Assembly (NCBI GenBank): GCA_964106915.2 | Contig: OZ066919.1 | Length of the DNA: 64,000 nucleotides | Origin: Podarcis gaigeae | Lineage: Eukaryota | Reading direction: 5' to 3' (one strand) | Part shown: positions 50,401-61,373 of the stretch, piece by piece | Position numbering within the stretch: position 1 is the stretch's first letter | Layout: every line of letters begins with the position of its first letter | Program-made: the position numbers and the translations under genes | Notes under the pieces: generated by a model | Told to the model about the DNA's origin: nothing | Databases searched by the model: none | Seen by the model: the letters and a program-made list of their open reading frames with translations, nothing else

Positions 50401-52800
50401 GGGCGGGGGAAGCCCAAGCTTTCCCCGACCCCAGAACACGCAGCTCTCCACAAGCCTTGGGAGACTGGCGCGACTTCCCGCTGGGCTCCCACGGCTTGCA
50501 GATATCTGCCTGAAGCCCAAACCAGGTCGGGGAACAGCGGGATGGCGGCGCTCTGCCTCCCCACTGTCCCCCAAGCTTGTGGGGCTGACGGCAGGGAGAA
50601 GTGCACTTCTCCCCGCCGGCAGCCTCCAAACCAGGTCGGGGAACAGTGGGATGGCGGCGCTCCACCTCCCCGCTATCCCCCGAGCTTGTGGGGCTGACAG
50701 CAGGGAGAAGTACGCTTCTCCCCGCCGCAAGCCTCCAAACCTGGTCGGGGAACCGAAGTCCGGGGTGCGCTGTGCAGCGCGCCCCAGGCTTTGAGATGCA
50801 GGCTGCTATCCGCAAGTCTAGGGAGCCCGACGGGAACTCCCGCGGACTCCCAAGGCTTGCGGAGAGCTTCCTGAAGCCTGCATTCGCCCCATAGGATGCA
50901 CACACATTTCCCCTTTATTTTTGGAGGGGGAAAAGTGCGTCCTATAGGGCAAAAAATACGGTACTTTAAAGGCAATTGTAAGAGGTTAAGCAACCTTTTT
51001 ATATCCCAGGGGGACTGTTTAGCTGGAGATTACTAGTTCTGCATGCGGTTCTATCTTGCCCCTTAAATATTACACTGCTGCCAAAAGTCAAGTGCCATGA
51101 TCTGACTAGGGGATCTCTAGCAACGCAGAACACCAATGTCCTTAATTGGACTAAGGAGCCACAATTCAAAGTATTTTTCTCAGCAGTAAAACTGATACCA
51201 CCACATTGCTGCTACCACTAGGACAGTGTTGTGTGCAGCCTGTGGCATTTATCTTCAGAACACCCCTGAATGCAGATAGATGGCAGGAATCCCCAGCAGA
51301 ATTCCTGAGGGTTCTTGCTCTCACCAGCATATGCTCGTCTGTCAGCATCCTCTTCACTTGCAGCCTGTAGAAAAGTGAACAGGGGACTTTAGGGAACAGG
51401 ACACAGCAAAGCAATTGTCTCTCTCTTCTGAGATATTTCTGTGCATCCTAGAAGCCCAGCACAATATGCCATACCAATTTCCTCCAAGGAAGATCTCGTT
51501 TGCATTTGTTGTACCAGGTGAGCAGCCTCTTCCGAAACTCTTTGATTTCAGCTGCATTGCTGAAGGTGTGGAATGGAGACTGTTGGCTGGGCACTCCTGC
51601 AACAAAGAGAGGCCAGTTACAATTTTTGCAGTGGCAATTTCTATTGGGTTGTACAAATATACATGGGAGTGGATAAACCTGCGCTGGGCCAGAGGGGAAT
51701 ATGTATTTGATAGACAGTTGAGGAACAGCAGTCCTACTGGCATACCCCTCTACAAATATTTCCCAAAGATCTGCTCTTTCTGTTAACCTCAGAAACAGAA
51801 GTCCTCAGCAGATATCTCCTTTGTCCATGTCATTCTTCCAGGGCTGGGGAAACCTTTTTCAGCCCAAAGGCAACATTCCCTTCTGAGTGACCTTCTTGGG
51901 GCCACATGCCAATGGTAGGCAGGGCTGGAGACAAATGTGGGTAGAGAGCAATGAATGTGGATTTTTACTTTTGTGTAGTAGGCTACTTTCTTACGCAATC
52001 AAGCATTCTTCTCTATGTTCCATCCAACTCAAGCAAGAAGCATTTTCCAGAGTTCAAGGATACATTCTAGCCAGCAAAAACACTTAAGGAAAGCAGGGCT
52101 GATGAGCAGCGGGGCTCAGAAGGTTGTGTGGTCTGGGGAGGGTTCTATGGGCTAGACAGAGATTATTGGAGGATCATATTGGACCCCAGCCTGGAAGTTC
52201 CACATCCCTGTATCACACAGATTCAAAGCAGGAAGATGAGCCCCTATGACGGCAAACTAGACAACAAGTACCGTGTCTGCTTATTTCACACTATTCTAAA
52301 ACAGAATACTTTTCTGACTCTACAAGTTTCAATTAAATTTCTTTTAAAAATAAATTTGAGTCAAAGAATGCTACAAGAACGGAGGCAAGGAAGGTACAAA
52401 TTTTCAGGTTTTGTGTTGTTGGCCAAGCATCTCTAGACATTTTCTAATTCCTTCATAAGGAATACTCCATCTATCCCAAAGCCAGTTTGTGGAATCAGTG
52501 ATGCATTAAATCTGAGATATTTGTAACTTCAGCTTCTGATTCAGTCTATGAATGCATAGCCAGCTAAAAAGTTGAGGGGAGTTCAATAGCTGTTACCACA
52601 AAATAACTGATCCTGAAAAGAGGTTCAAACAATTCCTTTCAATTTTCTTTCATCCTACGCTGACCAAAAGATCTTTTTGTAACCCAAGCACCTTTGTATA
52701 GTGTGGTATTTCCTTCACATTTCTTCAGCGATTTCTGTTGTTTCGCAGTGTTCCTTTGTATTCCTAGCTTGCTGCGTGTTGCCAACTGGAGTTTGCTCAT
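41419..52800 (-). CDS. MUTYH: Adenine DNA glycosylase MutY homolog, 522 aa
   Basis: Coding exons 52800-52692, 51596-51475, 51364-51325, 50195-50122, 49995-49954, 49719-49648, 48802-48689, 47924-47827, 47084-46940, 46327-46240, 45021-44827, 43906-43764, 42656-42495, 42095-42048, 41535-41419 (1569 nt, phases consistent). Motifs: [26 protein letters not shown], Hh[19 protein letters not shown], 4Fe-4S C-X6-C-X2-C-X5-[19 protein letters not shown]-like QLSLDSFL. The first coding exon's donor (AAAG|GTGCTT) is the least certain. Confidence 0.96.
41690..41980 (+). mobile_element. L2-type LINE 3' fragment with (AAT)n tail
   Basis: ...GCCACCCAGAGTGGCTGGGGAAACCCAGCCAGATGGGCGGGG + AAT repeats. Reverse-complement relative at ~22870-23000. 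Confidence 0.65.
50288..50961. mobile_element. Tc2/pogo-like non-autonomous element (family of 13290, inverted)
   Basis: TA-CTGTATTTTTTGCCCC ... GGGCAAAAAATACGG-TA with a ~110-bp internal tandem repeat. Confidence 0.85.
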
Positions 52801-53434
52801 TGCCAGCCTAGAAAAAAAATGTACCACTGTCAAATTATATTTCTCTTCACCATCTCCAGATCCAAAATTAGCAAAACATGGAACATTCTATACTGTATAC
52901 AGTACCCTGTATTCCACCAAGGTGGCAAGATGTGAATAAGAACTATGAATATAAATGCTGACAATATGGATATACAGAACTATAGGGGAACTGAAGAGTG
53001 ATATAAGAGGCCTGCCTTTATTACTCCTTAATAGATGTAGTCTACATATACAAGAAGAGACAGAATCCTGAGTTTCTGTAATAGATTGCATCACTTTATA
53101 TATATACTCTTTGAAACTTTTTGAAAGTACAAAATTTAACACATCAGAGAGAAAAGTTATACACGGGTCACTCCCTTGTTGTGCTAGTTTTCTATCTGCA
53201 GGAAGCTCCCAGCTCCCCAATAGGGGAGAAATGCGGATCCTTCATCCGTAGCCTGAACTGGTATGGTCGATTCTACCACCTCAAGTTTCTGTAACCTCAC
53301 CCGCTAAAACCAAAGGGCTCGGCTCCTCATATCACATGCACGAAGGAATATGCACACTAGGAAGTGTTCTACGCACGGTCACACTCACAACGGCGTTACT
53401 AGAGAGACAGGCCACGAATAACATCCCTACCTTC

Positions 53435-53559
53435 AAAAAAAATTCCTTCCAGTAGCACCTTAAAGACCAACTAAGTCAGTTCTTGGTATGAGCTTTCGTG
53501 TGCATGCACACTTCTTCAGATACACTATGGCAGACCAACACGGCTACCTATCTGTAACT
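53435..53559. mobile_element. Short interspersed repeat insertion (Penelope-derived-like) flanked by a 12-bp duplication
   Basis: ATCCCTACCTTC at 53423-53434 and 53560-53571. Interior CCAGTAGCACCTTAAAGACCAACTAAG...GAGCTTTCGTGTGCATGCACACTTCTTCAGATAC. Family assignment is from memory. Confidence 0.65.
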
Positions 53560-53567
53560 ATCCCTAC

Positions 53568-54473
53568 CTTCGTCTCTTTGTTGATTTCTTTCCGCGCGTC
53601 CAACTCAGAACCTCCTTCTGACTAGCGTGGAACCAATCAATCCGAAGCACAACTTCACCCCGGCAAGCGGAAGGCTCGCAAGGAAAGGGGCTGACAGCAT
53701 CAAGCCAATCGGCGCCAAAGACGGAACAAAAACTGAGTCACAACGACCAACTTCCTGGTTTCTTTTGGCGCCATTTTCGTCTAGGGTTGAAGTGAAATGT
53801 ATCCATAGGGGCAATGCAGCAAAGCTAGGATTTTAGCGTTAACTGCGATTGGGCAGTAAAAACCCGCCCGTGCTGTTCCTAACATTTCGTGTAGAAAATG
53901 TGTAGTTTCAACCATTCACAACATCCCTGCAGTGTAGCGCACCGCGGATGTTGCAAGTTAGAAGTGGAGCTGTGGTCAAAAGCGAGTGAGTGAGAATGAG
54001 TAGGGAACGACAGCACATTGCAACTATGTCTACTCAGAAGTAAGTCCTGCATGAGCCTCATTCAGATACGTAGGGTTATGATTCCAGTCCTTAGTATTGC
54101 TATCCTTCTGCCTTCCGGACGCCACATGCAAATCGTGGGCAGAGAGCAATGAATGCGAATTTTACTTTGGTGCAGTAGGGTAGTTTTTACACACTCACAC
54201 ATCCCACCCTATCCAAGCGCAAAAAGCATTTTCAGAGTACATTTTCGCAGTGCAAAGCTGGGCTGGTGAACAGCTGAGTGAGCTAAGGAGATTATGGGCC
54301 AGGGGAGAATGAGTGGGTTTGGATCCGGCGAAAGGCACTTGCAAAGACAGCTAGGCCTACGCGCCACCCTTAGAGGAAGGACCCCAGAGAGCAGGACGCG
54401 CCGGAAGCTGGCGAGTTGAACGACAAGGGAGATGGCGGTTGTCTAAGTAACTCGCAGGTGTCACTTCTCGAAG
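53568..54473. promoter_or_regulatory. MUTYH/TOE1 divergent promoter region with both non-coding first exons
   Basis: CpG-rich. CCAAT boxes (53633, 53706, ATTGG 53848), YY1-like CGCCATTTT (53769) and AGATGGCGG (54430), ETS CCGGAAG (54401). MUTYH donor GAAG|GTAGGG at 53568(-), TOE1 donor AAG|GTAAGA at 54473(+). Confidence 0.75.
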
Positions 54474-54919
54474 GTAAGAGAAGGTCTTTCGAAAGCACCT
54501 TCCGGGAGGAGGTATTATGCTCAGCGGTTTCTTGCGCAGACGATGTGCATTTTCCTAAACGAATTAGTGGTCAGGGACCAGGAAATGGTGGTGGAGCGGA
54601 GGTTTAAACTTGATCTCACCTATAACGTGCACGTTATGGATCATGTACTGATGAGTTTTTAACTGTTCCGGTTCTAGTTCTGGTTTGAGCTTTAACGAGA
54701 TGAAGCATTTACTGTACCTGGGGCTCTTGGGTTTTTTGCCATATAAAGCAGCGGTTTCTGTTCTCTTTTTCCTGAGGTGTTGTTATTTGATATATGCAGG
54801 GAGCAATCTGTGGGTTGGGATTTTTTAAATTAGTCATTGGTATCCCCAAAGCAAAATTAACCATTGGATTCTAAAAGTTATGCATGTCTAATCTCTTGTG
54901 TCCCAACAGCTGCATAAGG

Positions 54920-57900
54920 ATGACTTCCTTGAAAGTGCCAGTCATCGACGTCCAGAATGATAATTTCAAGGAGCTCTGGCCATCCATGCTCTTGGCCATC
55001 AAAACATCTAGCTTTATAGCTATTGACACGGTGGGTAGAGTTGCCCTTCTTTGTGATTTCTCAAAAAGGGTAGAGGCGGGGACTGTAACTTTGATGGTAA
55101 TTGGGTGCTGTCTTTGCTAGGGAAAGCTGACACCATTTTCTTTAATTTTTCCATTGGTCTATCTACCTATTCTTTATACTGCTTTCCAGAGTTTCAGACA
55201 GGAGTTTTCCAGCTCTCCATGGGAGACATCAGGGATTAAACCTTGAACCTTGTACATGTAAAACTGCAACACTGAGCTACAACTTATTTTACATAACTTA
55301 TTCTACCATGGAGTAGAAATCTAATTGTTATCTTTGTCCATAGGAGCTTAGTGGGCTTGGAACAAGGAAGAGTTTGTTGAATCAGTAAGTAATGTGCTGC
55401 TTCTGTGTGAGTCCTTTCTGAAGCATGATGTTCTCATTCTTGTTGTTCTGAATTATTAGGTCCTTGAATATGGACAGTATTGTGGAGCGTCTGCCGATGC
55501 TTTCAGGAGTCTTTGTTTTCCCCGACTTAGTACCAGACACTAGTTGAATGGACCTATTGGGATTCACAGTGGAAGCAGTTCATTGACTCTGTGTGGGTGT
55601 GGATGGCTTAATGTGCTTGCCCATTTGGAGTAATCAGTTCTTTGAGGGCAGGAAATATGCAAGCTGTGGGGAACAGGCCCACATGCTATTAATATGCTTC
55701 GAAATTCAGGCTGGTCTCGATCTTGAATGGTAAGGTGAAATTTGTCATGTCAATAGGGAAGCTATGGTTCAGTGGTCTAAATTCCCTACTAAGCTGCCTG
55801 AGGCTTCTCCCCACAGGTGTATTGAAGAACGATACAAATCTGTTTGCAGTGCTGCCAGAACACGCTCCATTTTGTCTCTAGGAATTGCTTGTTTCAAACA
55901 TCTTCCTGATAAGGTATAGTGCTCATTGTCTGGCTTTCACCCTAATTCTACTTCTGAGTTAAGAATGTATTACTTATAAGAGGATGGCATATTGAAGGTT
56001 CAGTCTTCAATGCATAAAGTAATGCATAAAGTGACCAGTTTTGATTCTAGACACTAAAGGAAGTAGTTGTTGATTTCTAGGATGTTACTGTTTGCACTTT
56101 TTTCTGTGCTGCTCTCAATTTCTTTGAACTGGCCTGTATTTGCAGTCAGAGAACACGTACCTCTCCCAGATCTACAACCTGACCCTGCTCTGTATGGAGG
56201 ATTATATCATTGAACCACAGTCAGTTCAGTTCCTGGTGCAACATGGTTTTGACTTCAACAAGCAGTATTCTCAGGGCATTCCTTATCACAGAGGCAATGA
56301 CAAGGTATGGGGACTCTTTACTGTAAGGTGTAAGTGAGGTGAGACCACAATGAGAAAGTAACTGGTTTCTTTCTTAATACCTGCTTGGCTTCATTTGCAT
56401 TTCACACTTCTTTTGCTAATCAGAATTATCCACATGTATTTTTAAAAAACCTTTATTAACATCAATTAACAACCCACAATGCATTTCACACTTCAGTGTC
56501 ATGGGGCTGAATTGATGCTTCACCAACATGGCCACCACCTAGTCAAAGTAGTTCTGTGGAGCTTCTGTGGAAGAGTCAGTCTGCTAGCAGCCACAGAAAG
56601 GAAGCACCTGGGATTTGCCTGTTGCTAAAACAAGCCTTGGAGCCAGGCAGAGCTGGTTTCACCATTTTGCTAGAGGAGAAGTGCCCTCACAGAAATAAGC
56701 CTGGGAACACATACCAGGGCCTGAGCTGAAGGGGTGGGAAATGTCCTGCACTTTCATCTGACAGTTCTGGTAGATGAATAAAGCACCATCTCTGCCTAGA
56801 GTACGGGAAAGAGTGGTGGTGGGCACCCTGCCTTTTCCAGGCTGTACCTCAGCGAAAACTAGGTGTGGTTGTTCTGTACTAGGACCTGGGTCATGAATCC
56901 ATAAGCAGTGGCAGAATTTGGCCTGTAGACCTGTACCATCAAAACAGGTGAAGGGAACTCCAGGGAATAAATGCCACCCTCTTTTGCATTTACCTCTGCT
57001 GCCTTTGCCTGCAGTGACTGCCCAACGCTGCTGAGGCTCATCTTCATCCAGCCTGTTCCCATATCAAAGAAACTAGTGCAGGCTTTGGAAATGAGGCCAG
57101 CTAACCTTATCCCCTCTTTGCTCTCACAGGGAAATGAAAACCACAGCCAGACCGTCCGTACTTTTTTCCTGGAACTGATCCGAGCCAAGAAGCCCCTCAT
57201 TCTGCACAATGGCCTAATTGATTTGGTTTTCCTGTACCAGTGCTTTTATGCTCACCTTCCTGACAATTTGGGCACCTTCACTGCTGATCTTTCAGAGATG
57301 TTCCCAGCTGGAATCTATGACACCAAGTATGCTTCCGAGTTTGAGGCACGTTTTGTGGCTTCTTACCTAGAGTATGCCTACAAGAAATGGTAGGTATCTC
57401 GTCAGGTCAAGCTGTAAGCACCCTGACAAGGATTCTTGGGCTGAGATCCATTGTAGCACAGGTGGACATTTGCCTGATCACATAATAAGGCTTTCCCTTC
57501 CTCCCCTCCCCCCTTCACCTCCCCCATGTACTCCCAAAATCTACTCTGGAGATTTGAGGGACCAGGTTTTTGGAGCACATGGGTGTGGGAGGTAGAATAG
57601 AAATTGGAAGTTCCATTGCACAGGCTGATTTCTGTTGGGTAAGCAGGCATACATCATTGAATGCTGTTCCTGGGCTTTAAGTAACGAGAACCCAACTACT
57701 GGGTCCAAGGCTGCTGCTCTTCTATTTTTACTGGAACAGGGTCTGCTTTGGGTATGAATAAGTGGAGGACAAGAAGTATGAATACCATATCCAGTTAGTG
57801 ACTTTGTTACTTTCCATATAGGTTATTCTATTTATGTGCATTTTGGGCAAATGCTGTGATTCAGTTAAATCTTAATTGTGATTCAATTAAACCCCAGGCT

Positions 57901-60724
57901 CCACTACAAACTTATAACTCTACATGCATGTACTTGCCTGCTATTTGTCTTTGGTTGTTCTCTTGCTACAGCTTTCAGCAGAAATTCTTTATGAGTTTAA
58001 ATTATTATTATTATTATTAAATTTGTATTCTGCTCTATACCTGTAGATCTTAGGGTGGTTCACAACATAAAATTACAATATAAAAGACACAAAATACATG
58101 ATAGATATACGAACAAAAACAAACCAATAATCGCCCCTTCCACAACCCATTTTAAAGGGCATCGGATGTCAATTGGCCAAAGGCCTGCTTGAAGAGGAAC
58201 GTTTTCACCTGGTGCCTAAAGATGTATAATGAAAATGAGTTGCATTTCTTTGTACTGCTTAGGAGACTGAAATCTCCTATTTGATACTAGAGCCTGGATT
58301 CTGAGTAAAGTATTTTACTTAATTCCAGTCCACAAAATTTTGACGGGCCTTGGTAGTTAGCCATAATTTATGGTCTCCACAAACTCTACTCTATTGGCAC
58401 ATGCAGAGGACCCAAGAGATGATGGGTCAGTCACATTCCATGCTGTGCCTTTAAAACACTAAAATACAGCAAGAAGGATTCTCACTCAATTTTCAGTATC
58501 TTCAAAATGTGGCACGAAGCAAAAGTTCTTTGCATATATCAGAAGACTTGAAAAAGAGACTGCCATAGTCTTGTCTGCCTAATGCGGTAGAAGATGGCTC
58601 CTGTCTTAAGTTCTCTGTGGCAGCAGAATGAAGGGGTAGGGGTTTTCATGTGTTTGGCTACTAACAGAAGAAACTAGTAGAAATGTGTGGAACTGACTAA
58701 ACAACTCCTCAGGTTTTCTCTTCCCTTTTCTCCGTTTCCCCACTCCCTGATTCTAATAATCAAATGAGAGGTTTGCCTTCTGCTTAGAGAAAAGTACTAG
58801 TTTGGGAAGATGCTCATACCCTGTTATGGTGTTCCAGGTATCTGGCAGTCAGGGGAACAAGCAGTTGTGATGATAGCATTTTCATGTGTCTGTGCTTCTC
58901 TTATTAAAAGCAATGCTATGTATCTTTTATATTCTTATTTCCGCTTTAGCTCATTTTTCTACATGCAGGGGGCTTTCCTATGAGTACATAGAAGAGCCTG
59001 TCCTGAAGGGCAGTCGATCGCCTTGCTCTGACACAGCCTCTGTTCCAGGTTCTAATGCTACTCTTGCCTTCCAGCAAGCGAGAAAACTACAGGTTGAAGA
59101 ATTCAGAAAAGCAGCACCTCAGCATAGAGTTCTGCAACTACCCAGACAGCATAGCTTCCTACATCGATTATCGCTTCTGTTCCCTATCAGATGCCAGCCA
59201 ATCTGGGCTTGACCCTGCAAACAAAGTCACCATCTGTCAGACGTTTTCTGTAAGTATTACTTCTGTCTACCTTCTATCTTGAAAGTTTGTCAAATAGTAA
59301 ATTGTAAATAGTTCATTCAGTGTGGTGGATATTTCAGATAGGGACTATGAGGACAAGCTGTCTAGAATGATAGACAGGCTCTTGGGCTGGATGTGTGTGT
59401 GGCAGTGGGAGGCAAATGCTTATGCTGGTATTATGGTCAATTTTAAAGCATGGTACCTTTCTGCAGCTTTCTGATAAAAATGGAGAGGTGCTACCTTTTA
59501 ATAATGATGGTATCTCAGAGCTTACTAGGGAACACAAGAGACCTGCTGGGTCAGGCTAAAGGTCCATTTAGTCCAGTATATTTTCTCAACAGTGGCCCAG
59601 CCCAGAAGCCTGCAAGTAATACATGAGGTTTGGATGATCCAGAATAGTCTTTTAATATTGCTATTTTCCGGTTAATTAGCATGGCACAATCTCACAAATG
59701 TGATAAATATCTAGAAGTTAATGTTGAAAGTTGCTCTAGGGCAGCGTTTCTCAAATTTGGACTACAACTCCCATCTGTTGGACTACAACTCCCATCATCC
59801 CTGACCACTGGTTCTGCTAGCTAGGGATGATGGGAGCTGTAGTCCAACAACAGCTGGAGACCCAAGTTTGAGAATCACTGCTGTAGGGTATCTAAGATCC
59901 AGTGATATTTTCTCAAGTGTGCTAATGATTCTCACTCTCCCCTGCAGGCCTATGGCTGGTGCCCAGATGGATTGAAGTGTTCACAGTCTCACAACATTGA
60001 CCTAATAATTAATGAAGATGAGAACCACAAAGAGGACAAGCGGAAGAAAAGGAAGCAGAAGTGGAAGCATCGGAAGAATTTTGTAGAGCCCTCAAAGGAA
60101 CCTGTGTTGAGGAGCCCTGAGAAGGAAGGAGAGGCAGCTTGCAATATGGAAGATGGTCCCCCATCCAAGCAGTCCTGTTTAAGCAACATAGTTGATCCTA
60201 CTGTAGATTCTGCAGGCACAGAAACTGTATCCAGTAATGAGGAGAGTTCTATGGATGTGGAACGAGAACTAGGCTCTGACATGGCAACTGATACCAAGAT
60301 GGATGAGGAACAAGCCAGTGCCACAGACAATGAGGGCATCACTTTATCACCATCCAAAGATGGGCCACAACAAAGGGCAGCAGGGACTGAAGGATCAGGA
60401 CCAGAAGTCCAGATAGAGTGTGCTTCTGTAGTGACGGCTTTGTCTGGCACCCAGAACCCAGTGGCGCCAGTGCCTGGCTGTTCAGAGGGTGGTATTCACC
60501 GGGCTGGCTTTGATGCCTTCATGACAGGTTACATTATTGCCTACGTCCATATGCTCAAAAATGATGAACACAAAGACTCAAGTGAAGGGCCTTGGTTGCC
60601 GGACTGCCATAACAAAGTGTACCTCAGTGGGAAGTCTGTCCCCCTTCAGATAGTGAAAAGTTTGTTTTCTAAATCCTCCAAAGCTCACAGCCAGAAGATG
60701 AAATTGGCTTGGGCTAGTAAGTAG
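54920..60724 (+). CDS. TOE1: Target of EGR1 protein 1 (CAF1/DEDD deadenylase-exonuclease), 539 aa
   Basis: Coding exons 54920-55030, 55344-55384, 55817-55913, 56146-56304, 57130-57389, 59075-59249, 59948-60724 (1620 nt). [38 protein letters not shown] finger [20 protein letters not shown], basic [27 protein letters not shown]. Confidence 0.97.
59742..59880. mobile_element. hAT-type MITE
   Basis: CAGCGTTTCTCAAA ... TTTGAGAATCACTG, interior GGACTACAACTCCCATC, TSD CTCTAGGG / CTGTAGGG. Confidence 0.75.
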
Positions 60725-61171
60725 AGCTGGGAACCCTCCTACTTTGGACTTTACATAAGAGCTGTTGAAAATAGCAGCAGCTTCTACCCACAGTCATCAA
60801 ACAAAAGCAGCAGACTGTGACTTTATTTTTAAATATCTGCACAATTAAATTACTCTGTACAGTACTAGAATTTCCGTTTTTGTTTGTTAAAGGTAGAGCC
60901 TTTATGTACACAGGACCAGGCAACTGTTTTAAACATGGGAGAGCTATGGGAGGAGCTCTAATTTATAGCATATTAATTTAATCCACTCATTCAAACCAAC
61001 AGCATGAGAACCAGAAGCTTATTTTTGTAACGACCGTGGAGACCACTTCTCTTGCATACAAAGACCAAACAGCTTCCATATATAAGTATCAATATTTATA
61101 GTAGTATAAAACCTTGTATCTATGCAGTATTTGTGCAATTTAAATTTCAGATCAGAGCCTGTTAGGGATTA

Positions 61172-61373
61172 CAGTCATACCTTGTGCCAAGTTTGCTTGA
61201 TGTTGCGGCTTTTCAGTTTATGAACGTGGCAAATCCAGAAGTGTTTACTTCTGGGTTCGCCACACGCAGAAGCGATCTGCGCGCATGTGCCGTAGCAGCG
61301 CTCTACTTATGGACTTTTTGGGGTGCGAACAGCACCCCGAAACGGATCGTGTTCGTAAGTAGAGGAACCACTG
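61172..61373. mobile_element. Tigger-like MITE
   Basis: TA-CAGTCATACCT ... AGGAACCACTG-TA. Confidence 0.65.

Noticed and set aside
50066-50993. 279-aa and neighbouring ORFs
   Set aside because: Mostly within the same MITE family, and out of frame with the MUTYH exon.
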